Below the pieces are notes generated by a model. The model was not told the origin of the DNA, did no database searches, and worked only from the letters and a program-made list of their open reading frames with translations. A stretch of DNA of 24,000 bases from a bacterium (GTDB lineage: Bacteria > Patescibacteriota > Saccharimonadia > Saccharimonadales > UBA4665): the NCBI GenBank assembly GCA_021829145.1, contig JAJZOE010000040.1:8098-32097 (forward strand). Reading direction: 5' to 3'. This document shows, one piece after another, positions 23,659 through 24,000 of this stretch; within the stretch, counting starts at the first letter, position 1, and each line of letters opens with the position of its first letter. A program made the translations under genes and the position numbers.

Positions 23659-24000
23659 ATGTTAAAAACCATGCCTATCAAGTCGGAGCCATTAACAGTA
23701 GACGGTAAACGCATTTCCGTAATGAGCCGACATACAAAGAGTGATGGGCAGATGCCTGACCCGGAGATATCCCCGGAACATTATCATGAATGGTGGACGG
23801 AGTTGTCCCCACCTGCCTCATTGGTGGTCGCTTATTTCAAAAGAGGATCAGCTTGGCTAGAGTTTACTTAAAAGTATATGTCTTTTCTGGATCAACCGGT
23901 TGTTGTTGCAAAAATTGCTCAACTTATAGACTTGGCAAAGACCGGAGTTGTGACAATTAAATGCGTTGACGATTTCCTGAACTCTGTCACTATCGTTTAA
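23659..24000 (+). pseudogene. DUF488 (YeaO-like) gene with an in-frame TAA at codon 71
   Basis: A 113-codon frame ends at TAA 23998-24000. ...DGKRISVMSRHTK...HEWWTELSPPASLVVAYFKRGSAWLEFT*KYMSFLDQPVVVAKIAQLIDLAKTGVVTIKC... matches the family's W-x-ELAPS...W-x-EF...Y...L layout across the stop at 23869-23871. The family call is from memory. Confidence 0.6.

Overview
The window looks like a low-to-moderate GC bacterial chromosome. Its gene content and the type of pilin-like genes suggest a Patescibacteria/CPR genome, possibly Saccharibacteria-like; that taxonomic call is inference only. It opens with the origin-proximal pair dnaN-recF (+ strand). About 19 kb then form a Gram-positive/CPR-style type IV secretion (T4SS)-like locus. 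A minus-strand run of tightly packed or overlapping genes (18784 down to 2201) encodes, in order: a PrgI/VirB3-like protein; a VirB4 ATPase that appears split into two ORFs; a 1128-aa TrbL/VirB6-like protein ending in a Gly-Pro collagen-like tract and a Peptidase_S74-type self-cleaving chaperone domain; a 241-aa basic protein; a 940-aa orphan membrane protein; a three-domain cell-wall hydrolase (SGNH esterase, phage-tail-lysozyme-like, degenerate LytM); and a membrane-anchored beta-propeller-like protein. Six tandem paralogous VirB2/TrbC-like pilin genes (18949-21623, + strand) are transcribed divergently from this run. I found no VirD4-type coupling protein, relaxase, VirB11 or integrase in the window. 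The operon is interrupted at about 9229-11405 by an IS481-like element, which is itself split by a second IS (9983-11121, perfect 15-bp inverted repeats, intact IS4/IS701-like DDE transposase). The right end carries a bidirectional terminator, an hsp20 gene, tRNA-Ser(UGA) and two decayed genes: an AAA+/DUF4143 ATPase and a DUF488 gene with an in-frame stop. Every family assignment comes from reading motifs by eye. No database search was run.
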